Below, one piece after another: positions 1 to 13,577 of a stretch of 64,000 nucleotides of DNA. The notes under the pieces were generated by a model. The model searched no databases. It saw nothing but the letters and a program-made list of their open reading frames with translations, and was not told the DNA's origin. Positions within the stretch are counted from its first letter, which is position 1, and the number at the start of each line of letters is the position of its first letter. The position numbers and the translations under genes are program-made. Origin of the DNA: Schmidtea polychroa (lineage: Eukaryota); NCBI GenBank assembly GCA_044892525.1, contig CM097885.1, positions 18,540,001-18,604,000 of the forward strand. Reading direction: 5' to 3'.

Positions 1-240
1 ACCCTTCCTAACCATTTTCTGATAAATCCCTAAACGTCATCTTGTTGACCATTAGCTACTCTGTACCTGTCCCGTTTTCCCCATTCGATTTCGATGATTT
101 TACCATTTATTGATTTTTCTCGGATTTCCGGATTCTTGCCTTTCGTAATTGCTTTTGGCATTTTCTAATACTGCTTCCATCACACTTTCCTTTACTATCG
201 ATTCTGTGCATGATCCCGCTTTTATTTGTCTTTTTTTTCT

Positions 241-894
241 TCACTTCTGAATAATTCCAAGAACTGGTATAACAATTTTATTCTCCTCCAAAGGGGCACG
301 TGGATCAGTTTCGAATAATAACCGTTTGTCCATTTCAATATCATGATATAATGCCATCCTTGGACAAAATTGAATGAAATTGAACGAAATTGAATGATTA
401 ATATCCGCAATAGAACATATTATATCACAAGGCATTTCGTGTCCAATTTTAGATTTAAATCGAGCTGCTTCCATTTGTGCACGACATACTTGAGATCGAC
501 AATCAGGGATCATACCAATCATAACATCTCCAGTACTTTCAGTAATATTAAACAATCTCGTAGCTGAACTCGTCTCAATCATTTTATCGGGAACTTTTCT
601 TTTTGCATATCTATCGATTTCATTAAGCCAATTTTTAACATTGTTAAACGAATCTTGATCGGTAACATCAAACACAACAATAATTCCATCAGCTCCTCTG
701 TAATAAGACGAGGTTATAGTTCCAAATCTTTCTTGACCTGCTGCATCCCATATTTGCGATTTCATAGTGTCACCATTTTCAGTATAAGAATCATCTGCAG
801 TTTTGACTAAATAATCACACTCTGGATTCATTGAATTATTTCCAACTTCCGGTTTCAAAAGACCAAAGACCAAAAATTTATACAAAGACTTCAC
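241..894 (-). pseudogene. Chimeric intronless fragment: internally deleted Rab1-like GTPase (~604-831) fused in frame to a proteasome alpha-6 (PSMA6)-like segment (~400-603)
   Basis: [66 protein letters not shown] matches Rab1 but lacks the P-loop and switch I. It continues as [56 protein letters not shown], typical of proteasome subunit alpha type-6. Confidence 0.8.
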
Positions 895-1013
895 TTCCAG
901 AATTCTATCGATTCAAAAATTCCACCCAGATAAACAAGAAATCAAATCAATTCCAAATAATTTCTACCAAAAAATCATAAAAAATTACAATAATAATAAA
1001 TTACCTACTTCTT

Positions 1014-1126
1014 GCGTCTGTGTGCGCACACCAACAAGAATCGGTCTAACCAGACCGCGCACACAGACGCGATAGAAAAGAAGCATGCAACAAACTGCCA
1101 GTCAGAGGCAATCCCCATCTGACTGG
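1014..1126. other. Two GC-rich stem-loops upstream of the chimeric ORF
   Basis: GCGTCTGTGTGCGC (1014-1027) pairs with GCGCACACAGACGC (1057-1070). CCAGTCAGA (1098-1106) pairs with TCTGACTGG (1118-1126). Confidence 0.55.
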
Positions 1127-2653
1127 TCGAAACACTTACTTTTTATTTAAATTATTAACCTAAATTTCATTTAAATTTATTTTAATTTGCGGACCTCAAC
1201 AATTTTATACATAAATTGATTAAGAGGTTTAAAAAATTAAATTGACCCCGCCCTCATGGAATTTCGATTTATCTACATTTTTTCAAAATTTAATTTGGTT
1301 CATTGTTTTTAATAAATATAGTTATTGTTTTTTATAATAGTGTTATTATTTATTACCTAGGATTATATATAAAATAGGTGCACTGAATAGAAAAAAATCA
1401 ATAAAATTATTTTATTGAAGCACACAAACTTACATATATGTAAAAATTTAATGTTGCAATGAATAAAATCTTTTAATAAATACAATGTCAATTGAAAAAA
1501 AATGAGACGTGAAAATCGACAAAATTTCTTATAATTTTATAAAGAAATTGATTAAGAGGTTAAAAAAATTAATTTTAACATACAAACTCATCTCATAATA
1601 AAAATACATGTAAACTTTTGATACATAGAAATAGGTCAATAAATAGAAACTGTTAACATATTATTATTTATAATTTATCAGAAGAAAATTCCTTGAACTC
1701 TACTTTGTTTATTATAGTTGTCGAGAAAATGAAAAAATATTTTCGTAAGATTTATTTTAAAGTAAATATTAATGTTAATATTTTCTTAAGATTTATGCAA
1801 ATATTTATGCAATTTTTGTTGAACCTTTGCCGTTTTGCGATGATGAAATGATAACGTAAGATCTATTTTTTAAATTACAATTAATTTAATATTTTTACAG
1901 TTATTCAAACATTTCTGAAGTAACGGAACCAGGATCCTCAACAGTTCCTTCATAGGTCGAAGTAGTGTCCAAATCTTGAAATTCGTAAGTTTTATTAACT
2001 TAAGTTTAAAATATAAAATTTTTCAGAATTTGACAAAACCAGATTAATCATGCCATGGAAAATGGCGAAGAACTGTAGTACGAAGACTATATAATCTTAA
2101 AAAGTGTTTTGTACATGTTCGCCATTTCTTTCCTATGCTGGGCACCTCGGGAGGATGCTTAATGATTGATGTAACTAGGGGTTATCGTGGAGATTCATTC
2201 GTCCCAGATGCCCAAATGATTTTGTTGAACAGAATATTCCCTCCTGTGTACCCATGACTACGAGTCATGTTGGTGCTGTACACCGAGGTCGGAACCTGTG
2301 AGCAGGTGAGCTCTGTCGCCAAAACTACTCCTCAGAGCATTCGCGGTTCGGGTTCGGAAGGCCGTAGAAGGGCTTACACCACTAGGTAATCTGCCTCTGG
2401 TCCAAGTGAGGTCTTTCAAATCTGCCTATGTCGTTATAACTTGGTATTGATGGTGACAAATTCAACATTCCAACAACCAGTAAAACGAAGTGAAATATAA
2501 TTTTCAAACACAATTGGAATTAATAATTAGATCAACACAAAATCCATAAGGGAGTCACATCAAATTATACAAATGTACATATTGTCGGCCAGGATGTTGG
2601 CGTGATATACTCGAGAGGGTTGTGATGAGAAGATATCGGAAGCTGGTTGCTTT

Positions 2654-3397
2654 CTAGATCATTTCTCCTTCCGCTAACATCGCATCAATGTCGCATTCCA
2701 GAACAGGGTCGACAGGTGGTTGAGAGGTGGAAACAGGCACGACTCTGATAGGATCGACGATTTTAGTTGATGGTGTTTCCTTCGCCTGAGTGGCCGCAAA
2801 TAATGTCGCCTCGAGGGTTGCCATTTCTTCTAGGCGTTTCTTTGTTTTCTCAGCCCGTGTTAGTCGCTTTTTCCGTTTCTGTTTCCCCGGTACAATGACT
2901 GGCTGCGACGTTGACGGATTGGATGCAGTAGTGCCGGACGGTACCGTAGTTGACGTGGTTGCCGCAACGATGTCTGCGAGAATTGGAGAGACTGGAGGTG
3001 GGCCATGAGCGCCACAACCCAGAGACGGATTGGGTTTCGGGATAGGTAGATCATGATGTAGGGGGAAGAGATTTCCCTTGTCCAAAATTGGATACTCTGC
3101 CACTCTTGCCTTTAGTTCGGCGTCCGAGTAGATACGATGGAGAACAACCGATTGTGTCTTAATGGTGAGTCTTTGACTCAGATTTTCTTGCAACAAACTG
3201 TCGCGACAATGTTCGAGACGAAGGATTTTCATGCGCGCCTCCTTCATACTGGCAGGGGTAAACCAGGTTCCCTCCAGTGTATCAATCTTCCGTTTTAACG
3301 ACCCAATGTGTTCAGCTGCTTTTGTCAGAAGGGCGTTTTTATCGGCACATGAGAAGCACGGTCTCAGGCCGGTTGGAGGACGACTTGGTTCAGTCAT
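2654..3397 (-). CDS. Hypothetical 247-aa protein (N-terminal coiled coil, Pro/Thr-rich linker, basic NLS-like patch), probably mobile-element derived
   Basis: Uninterrupted ORF in a GC-richer island; KQKRKKR basic stretch; no family recognised with certainty. Confidence 0.45.
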   Translation of the reverse strand: MTEPSRPPTGLRPCFSCADKNALLTKAAEHIGSLKRKIDTLEGTWFTPASMKEARMKILRLEHCRDSLLQENLSQRLTIKTQSVVLHRIYSDAELKARVAEYPILDKGNLFPLHHDLPIPKPNPSLGCGAHGPPPVSPILADIVAATTSTTVPSGTTASNPSTSQPVIVPGKQKRKKRLTRAEKTKKRLEEMATLEATLFAATQAKETPSTKIVDPIRVVPVSTSQPPVDPVLECDIDAMLAEGEMI

Positions 3398-5584
3398 TTG
3401 TTACGATTAGTTTTACTGGAAAAGAAAATATCTATTTACTACAATCAGAAAGTCTTATAATAAAATCAAATCGCTTTCCATCTCATTCCTCATACATTCA
3501 ACCATAGGATCAACCACATGCGAAATTATTGGCGTTTACGCGCTTCTATTTGAGCAAAAAGGGTGGTGGAGCTCCGACCGTGAAAACACCGAATAGAAAA
3601 ATCAATTATTTGTCTCATAAAGTTAATTTATAAAAAATTTTAAATAAGAAAAATTTGTAAGGGGTTCAATTATGCATTGATTCGTTCGCAACCCGCCTAT
3701 TTCCTGATATTTGTTAGAAACGTAACTTCTGTCTTTCGTCTATTTATCCTACCCACAAAAGCTCACTCTAATTTCCGTCTGAACCTAACGAATGCAACTG
3801 AGTTGTTTGTAATTTACTTTCCAAAATTTTTAACCATTTTAGTTAACTAAAAATCCGTTAAATTTAATTACGATATTTCCTGTAACGGTATGTAGAGATC
3901 TACTATAAATTCAGAATAGGACGATTCGTGATAACACTGAAGCACAAAACCCGATTAGTGCTCACACTGCTGGATATCAATCTATGCCGAAAAATGCTCA
4001 TGAAGGGAGCTTATCAGTCGTGAAATACGAGAATTGGAGATAAAGACCTGCTGCTTATCTATTTAGCTGTGGGGAATGTAACATCCCGAACGAGTATGAT
4101 GGAAAAATTCACAAATCGACAACAGTGAACTATTGGTGGACTATCGCTTATTTAGATTATGTTAATGTATTCCAATAAGCCAGCTATTATTTCTCACATA
4201 GTTTATGCCTACACTTCATGCAGTGAGGTTTCAGTTGGTTGGCATCTACATCTATCAGAAAAGTCTACTTCGAACGAATTTAACACCTAAATCTCCCATT
4301 TCCGAGTGATATCGAATTCCAAAGGTAAAAGAAGACTTTCTTTACGGACTGGAGATGAATATTTCCATGCGCTACTATTCAGCTAATGTTCCATTCAGAT
4401 CAGAGAAAATCATTTTACAGAGTTCCGTTACCGAGTTGGAATATAAGTGGTGATTCAAAAATAATATTCTATGTCCTTTTACCGGGATCAATCATCCAGC
4501 AAGTACCTCGTCAATGCGAACATCGACAAATTCCGGACGTCCTCCCAGCTAATCAGTCCCCAAAAGCATAAGCATAAATGAATAGAACAATATAAATCTA
4601 AATATCTTTATATCGAAAATCAAATAAATAACATCCTGTAAAATTTAAAATAATTTATTTTCATATATCCACATCTTCCTACATTGGGTGCAATACTGAT
4701 ATAAATCGTTGCACATTCTTCAGGCTCAATACTCTATACATAAACGAATCTCCGAAATACACCATTCTACAAATACTCAATTTCCTGAAAATATATTTGA
4801 TTGTTGTCGAAAAAATAGAACCTCCAGATTAAAATTTAAGAAATATAATATTAAATATAGCATTCAACATTCATTTAAATAGTAGTACTTAAAATCTAAT
4901 AAAATCCCTTAACGGTAATATGCAAAAATCATTTAAAATACAAATCCTTAAAATCTAAAATAATTTCTTACATTTCCTTTGATTAGATGCTGGATAATCG
5001 AATGATTGGTTCGGCTGATGCTATCGAATAGATTCTTAAAAAACTAGATTTCAATGTTCGTGAACTAGCTCGGCTATGGAATAAATTTTGAAACTATTTA
5101 AATTGATAAATTAGCTTACCCATGGAATAAATTTTGAAACTATAAACTAACTGTTCCGCTTTTCTTATATACTAAATTCTGACCAATCAGAATTCAGCGC
5201 AGTTGTATTATTTTAAATATTATTGGTTTTTCCCGTTTTTTACTCTTTTCTTTCATTTTCTATTATTTTTTTGGTGGTTTTATTATTAGTTTATTTTCTA
5301 TTCTTACTTTCCTTTCTTTCGTCGATTTTTTGATAATTTTCGTATTTTTATCGATCTTTTTCGTAGTTCTTATAGTTATTTTTAGGTTTAGTGTGTTTAT
5401 CCTGATTTCGGTGCTAGCTTTTTTATTATTTATTTTTTCTATTTTGTTAGGTAATTCTTTTTTATTATTTTCTATTATTTTCCTAGTTTCTCTTTCTTTA
5501 AGGTACTTCTCCCCCTCCGTTTTTTGTTAATTATCAGTTTAAGTATTATTGTTTATTTTTGATCATCAGCCCAACACCTAAATG

Positions 5585-6629
5585 TGTTGAGGTTGAAAAA
5601 TTAAATTATGTTAAATTGAATAGTTTTGAGTAAAAAGAAAACCGAAATTGAGCGAAAGAGAATGGCGGTCAAGCAGAGAAGTAATGGCAAAGAAAGATAT
5701 GACAAAAACAGAACTATAAAAGGGTACAATAAGACACGAAATGGAAAAATCCGCAAACCTGAGGAATTGGAATAAAGTGAAATGTTATCGAAATTGAAGC
5801 AGGAAAACAGGAGAGGGGTAGATTAGGAAATGGTGAAGAAGGCAGTGAGCAAGAAATTGTTAGAAAATGTTTAGAAAGGGTCGAAAAACAGGCAAATATG
5901 GAAAAACACAGACAATTAATTAATTAATTGTCTAATGGAAAACCAGAGCTAACGGGAAGTCCGAGCCAATCAAGAACCCGAGCGATGAAGAAAACCCGAG
6001 TGCGGCAATTAGAGAGAATAAACAAACTCGGAATTTAGAGGGTAATTAGCTTAACAGTCGGAGAAACGAGGGTAACACAAGAAGATAAATTACAAAAATG
6101 GTCAACAGAAATAACTAATTAGATAAAAATAACTAAGGACGTCGTATGTTAGAGGAAACCAATTAGGTCAAAAACGGATCAATTACAACGATTATTGGAG
6201 TATATTAGGAAACTCCAAATTCAGATCATCGGCAGTAGCCTCGGATAGAGAATAAAAACCGAGAGTAGGAATTTGAGGAAAAGAAACAAAAACTAAAAAA
6301 AGGAATTACAAAAGGAACTAAAGGGCAAGGATGAACAAGAATATCAAAGGAATTTGGATCAAAGAGTGGAAAAGAAATAAAAAGGTGAAACTTTTTTACA
6401 TCGCACAGGGTCAAGACTTTCCAGAGCGAAGCTAGATCAGGCAGGGTAAACGAAATTGTTGTTAATAAAAAATTGTTATCTTTTATTGAGAGTTTTAAAT
6501 TTGTTATAAACAAATATATGTTGGGAGTTTCTGTTCATTGATTTTGAGACACACGGAGTCAGAGTTATCAACGGTCAACTTTTTATTATTATAAAACCTA
6601 ATATATATTTTTGGTGAGTCCGACGTGGT
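5585..6629 (+). mobile_element. LTR (~5585-6603) followed by a tRNA-Trp-like primer binding site (6612-6629)
   Basis: Begins TGTTGAGGTT and ends AACCTAATA. Shares AACCCGAGC repeats and the TTGATTTTGA..GGAGTCAGA block with the solo LTR at 11346-12252 (opposite strand). TGGTGAGTCCGACGTGGT resembles the tRNA-Trp PBS TGGTGACCCCGACGTGAT. Confidence 0.6.
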
Positions 6630-7456
6630 CAAAAGTTGGTGGGTGAAAAGAGGCGATTAGAGGAAATCAAAGTAGTAAAATTTGAAAATAATCAAAATTC
6701 TTGAGAATTGAAAGAGATAGTAATATAAAATCAAACGGGGGTTTCTAAATAAAGTTATTAAAGAATACAAACTAATTAATTAATAAAATGCATAAATAAA
6801 TAAATCAAATTAGGAGTAAACTCCTAAGCTTGATAGGCGGAATGTCAGCATATCAAGAAAGAAAATAAAATAATGAAATTTTGATAAGGGAGATTTTCTT
6901 ATAAAAGGAGCTCTCGGCTCAGACAAATTGCCATTATGATCGAAGACAAATTTGAAAGTGAAAACGGAAATTAATTTAAAATAAAGAAAGTGTTGTTGAG
7001 CAATAACATATTTGTTTAATCAATTTGCTTGAGGCGGTATCCCATATGGTTACCTGCCCCTAGATCGAGCAAAATTATTTCAATTGTATTGACAAAATAC
7101 GAAAACTGTAAAGTGTAATGTCAATAAATATTTCTTATGTTCAGTCGCTTCTTTGATCAAGTGGAGTTAGAATACCGAATACCCAACCGAACCATAGAAA
7201 ACAACTCAACAAATTGTAATTAACGCTGTTTCAATATTTATTTACATTTCTATTGAACGCTGAATCTATGAAACCTTACCAAAACTACCGCATTAGCCAA
7301 TAACGAGTTAGTGATTGAGAAGTTTTCTGTGCTTTTATTATTTACGATATGTATTTGTATGCATGGGAGTGAATTTTAAATTTTGCCGACCATCTTTGAT
7401 AAATTTCTGAGAACGCCTAGTTTCGTATATAATTTTTAAATGGATAGCTTTTAGAC

Positions 7457-7964
7457 CAGGGTGCGGGACTATTTTGAAATCATTTACGAATGTTGTGGTA
7501 GTTGTCGACGTATACCAACAGCAGCACAAATCCCTTCATTTGACAAGTTTCATTTTCAACACTAGATGTCATGAATTGTGAATTTGTGTGTAAATTAATT
7601 GCTATTATAAAATATTTTTCAAATTTCAAATTGTTGTAATTCGTCCTATTAAACTTATATTTGGTATAAGAATATATTTCAAATAAAATTCAAATTTTAA
7701 AATTCTCCCATTTGCCAAGTTCTATTTTTGACACCAGATGTTGCGAATACAAACGTGTTTGTTTATATATGTCAAGGGTATTTAAAGCTGTGTGTGTTAC
7801 TTAAATATATTTTGAATTGTAATTATTAAATGTAGAAACAAAGTTCATTTAAATTTTTGATATGGCGTTTAATTTAAACCTGGGATCCCTGACAAATTTA
7901 GGGGTGCTAAATCACTTTATAAAATTCAAAGGGGTGCGGACTTTGAAAAGGTTAAGAACTCCTG
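7457..7964. mobile_element. Non-autonomous hAT (Charlie-like) element remnant
   Basis: CAGG...AAAAGGTTAAGAACTCCTG termini with near-identical 8-bp flanks TTTTAGAC / ATTTAGAC; the left TIR is degraded. Confidence 0.4.
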
Positions 7965-10101
7965 ATTTAGACCCACTCTCGTTACATTAAGGGTTGTGCG
8001 AATATTGCAAAATTTCAATTAATAATATAGTATAACACTGAAGATTAGTTTTTGAAAAAAACAGTTCTGTTTCCGCGGTTCCACAAGTTCTACTATTATT
8101 ACAATTGTTACTTAAATTAATATAGATACTACTATCATTATTCAGCAATGCTTAAGAAAATACCCAAAATCGTCAAAAGTGAAAGTTGTTTAAATATTTG
8201 ATTGAACAAGTGGCTGATTTTTTGAATTAATAAATTTTGAATGTTTTTTTTGAATTCTAACAGTAATCTTATTTAATCAAGAAAATTAAACAAATAACAT
8301 TCAAAATTTTCATTGAATTTAACAAAATAAATTACAATTATTTTCATTTTTAAGAATAAAATTTATTGATTCACAAGGTTGTTAACGCCAATTGTCAGCA
8401 AATAAAATAGATTGTGATAAAATGAATGGAACTTTAAAAAAATCACATATAATAAAAGTAAACACATTGCAACAGAGAGTTGTACCCTTTTATAGTTCGG
8501 TTTTTGTCATATCTTTCTTTTCCATTACTTCTCTGCTTGACCGCCATCCTCTTTCGTTCAATTTCGGTTTTCTTTTTATTCGGAACTATTTAATTTGACA
8601 TAATTTAATAATTTACTTTAACAACCTCAACATGTTCACTATGACGATGTCATAGCAATATACGACGGCTTGTATAGAAGATCCGCTTTGTTACCATAGG
8701 GTACCACATGATTGGAAATAGTTAAAAATTCTGAAAAGTCAATGTTTTGAAGAGTTAAAGATGATGATATGAACAGATTTTTGTATACTGATACCATTTT
8801 TATAACTCATAGTCCCCACTCTCCTAATTATTCAAGAAAGGTGTTTTATTTTAGTTTTCCATGACATAATTTTCCTTTAAATTTCTATAACCAGATACAA
8901 TAGTTTGGTTTTATTAAATGAAATGCTCTGATAATTTACTCACCCAAAACCGGAGTAACACACTTTTTCTGAAATAGGCGTAGCACTAAAAATCATCAAA
9001 ATTAGTCTTGCGATAAAATTCGGATAGTGTTTTTGTGCGAAAAGGCTTATAAATGTTGAATAAAACACAGTTTCCTTCTGCTTATGTTTCGAAATTGGTT
9101 AGTAAATTATATATTTAAAACTTGTGATTGGTATAATCTAGGTAAGCGGTTCGTAGGGTGACGGTGCCGGATTATTAATGAAAAGCTGAAGAAGAGTCAA
9201 AAATTTAATTTTAACTTTTTTATTTAAAATGGTTAAAATATTTAAATGTTACTTATTTTAACATACCATAATGAAAATTTAAATAAAACGTAAATTAAAT
9301 ACGGTCAGTGATATTGAAACAAATCGTGATTATAACATAATACAATTTTTATAAAAAATAGGAATAGGGAAATATGGGCCAACCCCCCAACTCCCACCCC
9401 CTGCTGAGAATTTTTGGTCTTTTCCTAAAAAATTGAGGATTTTTACGTAGGTCACGAAAAGTAGGTCACGTAACCAGGATTAACTGATAAAATTTTTTTT
9501 GTAGGTCAATCCAAAATTATCTAGGTTAATCCAAATTTATTATTTTATTTATATTCCATTACTTATAGGTCGCTCTTGTTACCCCTGGTCCTTTAAGTTA
9601 GCGGTACACAATCTTCAAGAGAAATTCAGCTTTGGTCCGTCGCTTTCGGAACTTAAAAACCGCTGATTTAGGTTAATGCTACTCAAACTTTTCAATTGAA
9701 AAATTTATTATTGCACAAACGACCAGTGCCAGTTTTATTAATTATTTTTCTTTCTACTGTATATTAACTTCGCTGATGTTTATATGTGTCACACAAATGT
9801 TGTGAGGCCAAATTCACCTACTTCCGTGATCGGATTGAGCTGAAATTTGGATTTCTTCTCGAGAACACTGCATGCTATCAAAATTTCAAATCGATCTGAT
9901 AACGGAAAGTGGGTAAATTTAAAAAAAATTGATATATCAAATCTAGTGTTATTTCCTTATTATGATCTTAAATTTGTCATAAAATTTATATAATGCATGC
10001 TTGGCCTTTTTTATATTAAGCTAAATGTTTTTAATCCAGTTTTTGACCCATAGCGGACTCGTTATAGATGTGGAAACGACGTCACAATTAATATTTCTAA
10101 C

Positions 10102-12451
10102 CAGTGGTGGGATTCTAATAATTTTACAACCGGTTCGATACGAAAAAATGTGGTTGGGAAACTGTTAATAAAAATCTTTTAAATCTTTCTAAATTAAATA
10201 AGAATTTATTTATTGTACAGGAAAGTAAATTTTATAAAAAAAACGATAAACTTATAATTTTAAATATTTCCATATAGCCTTTTGATTTTCATCTTCTGAA
10301 ATTTGTTTTTTAATCCTTGTATCATCGGCTAAATGATTAATTGTCAACTACTTTTTTACAAAGGGGGCTTAATCCCATTCGATAAGTGGTAGGCCGATTA
10401 GACTAATAGTCATTACGTTGGAAATATTTTGCACAGTTAAACGGTTCCGTTTATCTGAACATATTTGATTAATTTTTGAAAATCCCCTTTCTGCTTCTGT
10501 GGAACTTACAGCAATGGTTCTTATAATATTTTTTGCTTTTTTAATACTTTCTGGGATCATATAGTTCTACGTATCTTTTAAGAAATTTTCTACAAAATCT
10601 CTATAATCATTTTTATCAATTTTATAATTAAAAATGTCGTTAATAGTGTCTAATTGTTCTTCAGCTGCCTTCCACGGAACAATTATTTCTTCAATATTCC
10701 ACTTAGATGATTCTAATATATTAACAATTTCTAATTTACCGCCGCCTTGGGCACAATTTGATTTTATATGGTCACAATCCATTAGCCTTTTCTTTAAATT
10801 CAGTACTGTATTATATATAAGTTTAGAGCGTGGAATTCAAATAAATTTACTATTTTCTATAAATTTGATTGTTTTAAAAGCTTCTGAGGTAATTAAACTT
10901 TCGATTTTTTTTCGTATACACCCTTTTCCTTATGGAGTATTTCCAAATAATTAATTGACCTTAGAAAAAGTTTATCGGCCTTAATTATGTCAATATTTCT
11001 AGCTTGTAGTGCATTTGACAGAATAGAAATTTCCTTTAAAATGTCAATCATTAAAGATAAATTATTTAAAAAGAATTTATTTTCGAGTCTTATAGCCATA
11101 CCTAATTATTTTTCATTTGATGAAAAATAATTATGTAAAGCAGGATAGGCACGCCAAACAGCTATGGTTGATCTTAAACTGCATGCTGGTTATCTTGGTC
11201 CGAAAACTCTTCCAATCTTTATAATATCAATTTCTAGTTCCTTTGATATTTCGGAAAGCTCGATTTGATTTTTATTCGATTGATGAAAAATAGTGTATAT
11301 TTTGTCAATAAAAATTTTAAAATGGTTTACTTGTTTTATTTCATTTGTTGGGTTTTTAATGCAAGTCGGTGTCACGATCTGACTCCTTTGTGTTCTTTAT
11401 CAAAATCAAGATAACCCAACACAATAATTTTATTCAAGTTTAATACAAGTACACTTTTTGATCACACTCTTTATTGAACAATTACAATCTTTACTAACTC
11501 TTCGATCTGCACTTTTCACTAATATAATAAATCTCACGCAGGGGTAGATCTTCCAACGGGAGATATCCCTTTCTGGTACGTTCGATTTTTTTAAATAGTT
11601 TAATTTCTACTAACTTTAATATTTTCTTTTTCGATCTCGTCAAACTTCTATTTTCTTTTCTTCGACCAACTGGCATTTTGTTTTCTTGCCAGTTGCTTTT
11701 ATACTCGCTTGGTAATTGACTTTATTTTTGCCAATTATTTTTGGTTTTATTTCCCCCCGGGCTTCCTCTTGGAGGTCTAATTTAATTGAAGGGAATTTGT
11801 TCCTTTTCTTTGACGGCGCTTTTTACTTTTTCTCCGGCTAAATTAATTGCCTTCCCAAAATTGAATTTCTCCGGCTAAATTAATTGCCTTCATAAAATTG
11901 GATTTCTCAATTCGCTCGGGTTTTCCATTATATCGGGTTTCCCATTAGCTCGGGTTCTCCATTAGCTCGGGTTTCCCATTAGCTCGGGTTTTCCATTAGT
12001 TAATTAATTTTTAATTAATTTTTGTTTTTTGTAATTTATTCCTTTTAGGGACCCCCCATTGATTTTATTTTATTATAGCTGAACTCGTCTCATTATTTAG
12101 CATCCGCCCATACCAGTTTCCCCCAGAAAATATTCATTTTTTAAAATATTTTGATTTTTAATTAATATTTTGTACTTTGACTCTTTATTTTGAATTTGGT
12201 GTTTTTGTCAATTTTCACCTCATTTTTGTGCCTCTCTTGTTGAACCCCAACACATTTATAGAATCATCCAAAACAAGTTGGAGGCGGTGGTTTAAACAAT
12301 GCCATATTAATACATTTGGAAATTCATTTGAAATTCTCGTACTGACTCCAGATTTTCTCCCTAGCATGACACTTGCTCCATCGGAACAAAATCCAACTAA
12401 ATTTTTTTTCAAATAATTATAAGTAAATCCATTGTTATTTAAAGCTTTCAT
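10102..12451 (-). pseudogene. Degenerate hAT transposase (ZNF862-like), interrupted by a solo LTR
   Basis: Fragments [36 protein letters not shown], and the dimerisation motif IAVSSTEAERGFS..KRNRL; stops and frameshifts; CAGTGGTGGGATTC end at 10102. Confidence 0.85.
11346..12252 (-). mobile_element. Solo LTR (907 bp) with 4-bp TSD CATT
   Basis: TGTTGGG...CCCAACA ends; CATT at 11342-11345 and 12253-12256; removing it restores the transposase frame [14 protein letters not shown]. Confidence 0.85.
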
Positions 12452-12695
12452 TTCAAATTTTTTAAATTCAAATATTTAAAATTTTAAACATTTGTTTTGG
12501 CATTAAAATTATTAGTTCTTTTTTATGTTTTAATTTAATTTTAACTAATCTAATTAATTTGTCTTATTTCAACTTTTACTTGCTATTATTTTACATAAAT
12601 TTCTAACAAGACATTCCAGCAGTTCAAAGTTTTTTTTCTGATTAAAATCACTTATAACAACTGATAAAATTCTCAGTATTTCTGACAGAATTACA

Positions 12696-13577
12696 ATGGA
12701 GAGATTGAAAAAATTTATTATTTTATTAATTCATTTAAACTTATTTTATCAATCAATTCAAACAAAAATAAGATGTGAAGTCAATCAGTTGCATCAATTA
12801 ACATGCAGTTCAAATGACTCAAATTTGGAATTAGCAAATCCAATCATCCGTATTAATTATCAAATGCAAACCGTCACGCTTGAATTAACAAATAAATCTT
12901 TGTTAATTGATTCAATAAAAAGAAACGGATTACTAGTTTTCCGAGATTTCCCAACCATCATTATAAATTTCCCTATCAAAAATTTAGATGAAAATAGTTT
13001 CCAAGGGATCGGTCCAACGACTTTAAAACTGCAATTTTCCAACATATACAAATTTACATTCAGCGCAATGTGGCAATTGAAATATTTACAACTCTCTGGA
13101 TCCCGAGTGGAAAACTTTCTTTCTCAGCAATCATTTGATGGCTTGGACCATTTGTTTATGTTGGAATTAAAATCCATTGGAAAGTTAAAATTTTCTCCAT
13201 TGAAAAATGAAACAAAAAATCTATGCAATTCTATTTTTTGTCAATTGAAAAATTTAAAAATTTTGAAATTATTTTTTGAAAATTCCACTTGTTTCCTAAG
13301 CAATATTTTCCTACCAAAACACAGCAGATTTTATCTGGCCCCGGGAAGTTTTCCGTGCCCCGTGAACAGACGAAACTGTAGTTTGGACCATTCTTACAAT
13401 TGCTTATCATTGAATAATCGAACAAGTAAAATAATAGAAAATAAAGATAAAAATTTAATCGCCTCTATAATATTTGTCATAATTATTGGATTGGGCACTT
13501 TGACAATAATTGGTGGGATTATTTTGTGGATTTATTTTGCACATTCTGTAACATTTACCCAACCAATTCCGATTTGA
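12696..13577 (+). CDS. Single-pass type I membrane protein with signal peptide and LRR-like ectodomain (likely host gene)
   Basis: Hydrophobic N-terminus; LxxLxL-type repeats (IKNLDENSFQGI, LKYLQLSG, SFDGLDHLFMLEL); Cys cluster; TM segment IASIIFVIIIGLGTLTIIGGIILWIYF. Confidence 0.7.
   Translation: MERLKKFIILLIHLNLFYQSIQTKIRCEVNQLHQLTCSSNDSNLELANPIIRINYQMQTVTLELTNKSLLIDSIKRNGLLVFRDFPTIIINFPIKNLDENSFQGIGPTTLKLQFSNIYKFTFSAMWQLKYLQLSGSRVENFLSQQSFDGLDHLFMLELKSIGKLKFSPLKNETKNLCNSIFCQLKNLKILKLFFENSTCFLSNIFLPKHSRFYLAPGSFPCPVNRRNCSLDHSYNCLSLNNRTSKIIENKDKNLIASIIFVIIIGLGTLTIIGGIILWIYFAHSVTFTQPIPI

Noticed and set aside
3900..5100. Possible degraded coding fragments (also 8580-8830)
   Set aside because: Stops in the frames I read and no motif I could assign with confidence.
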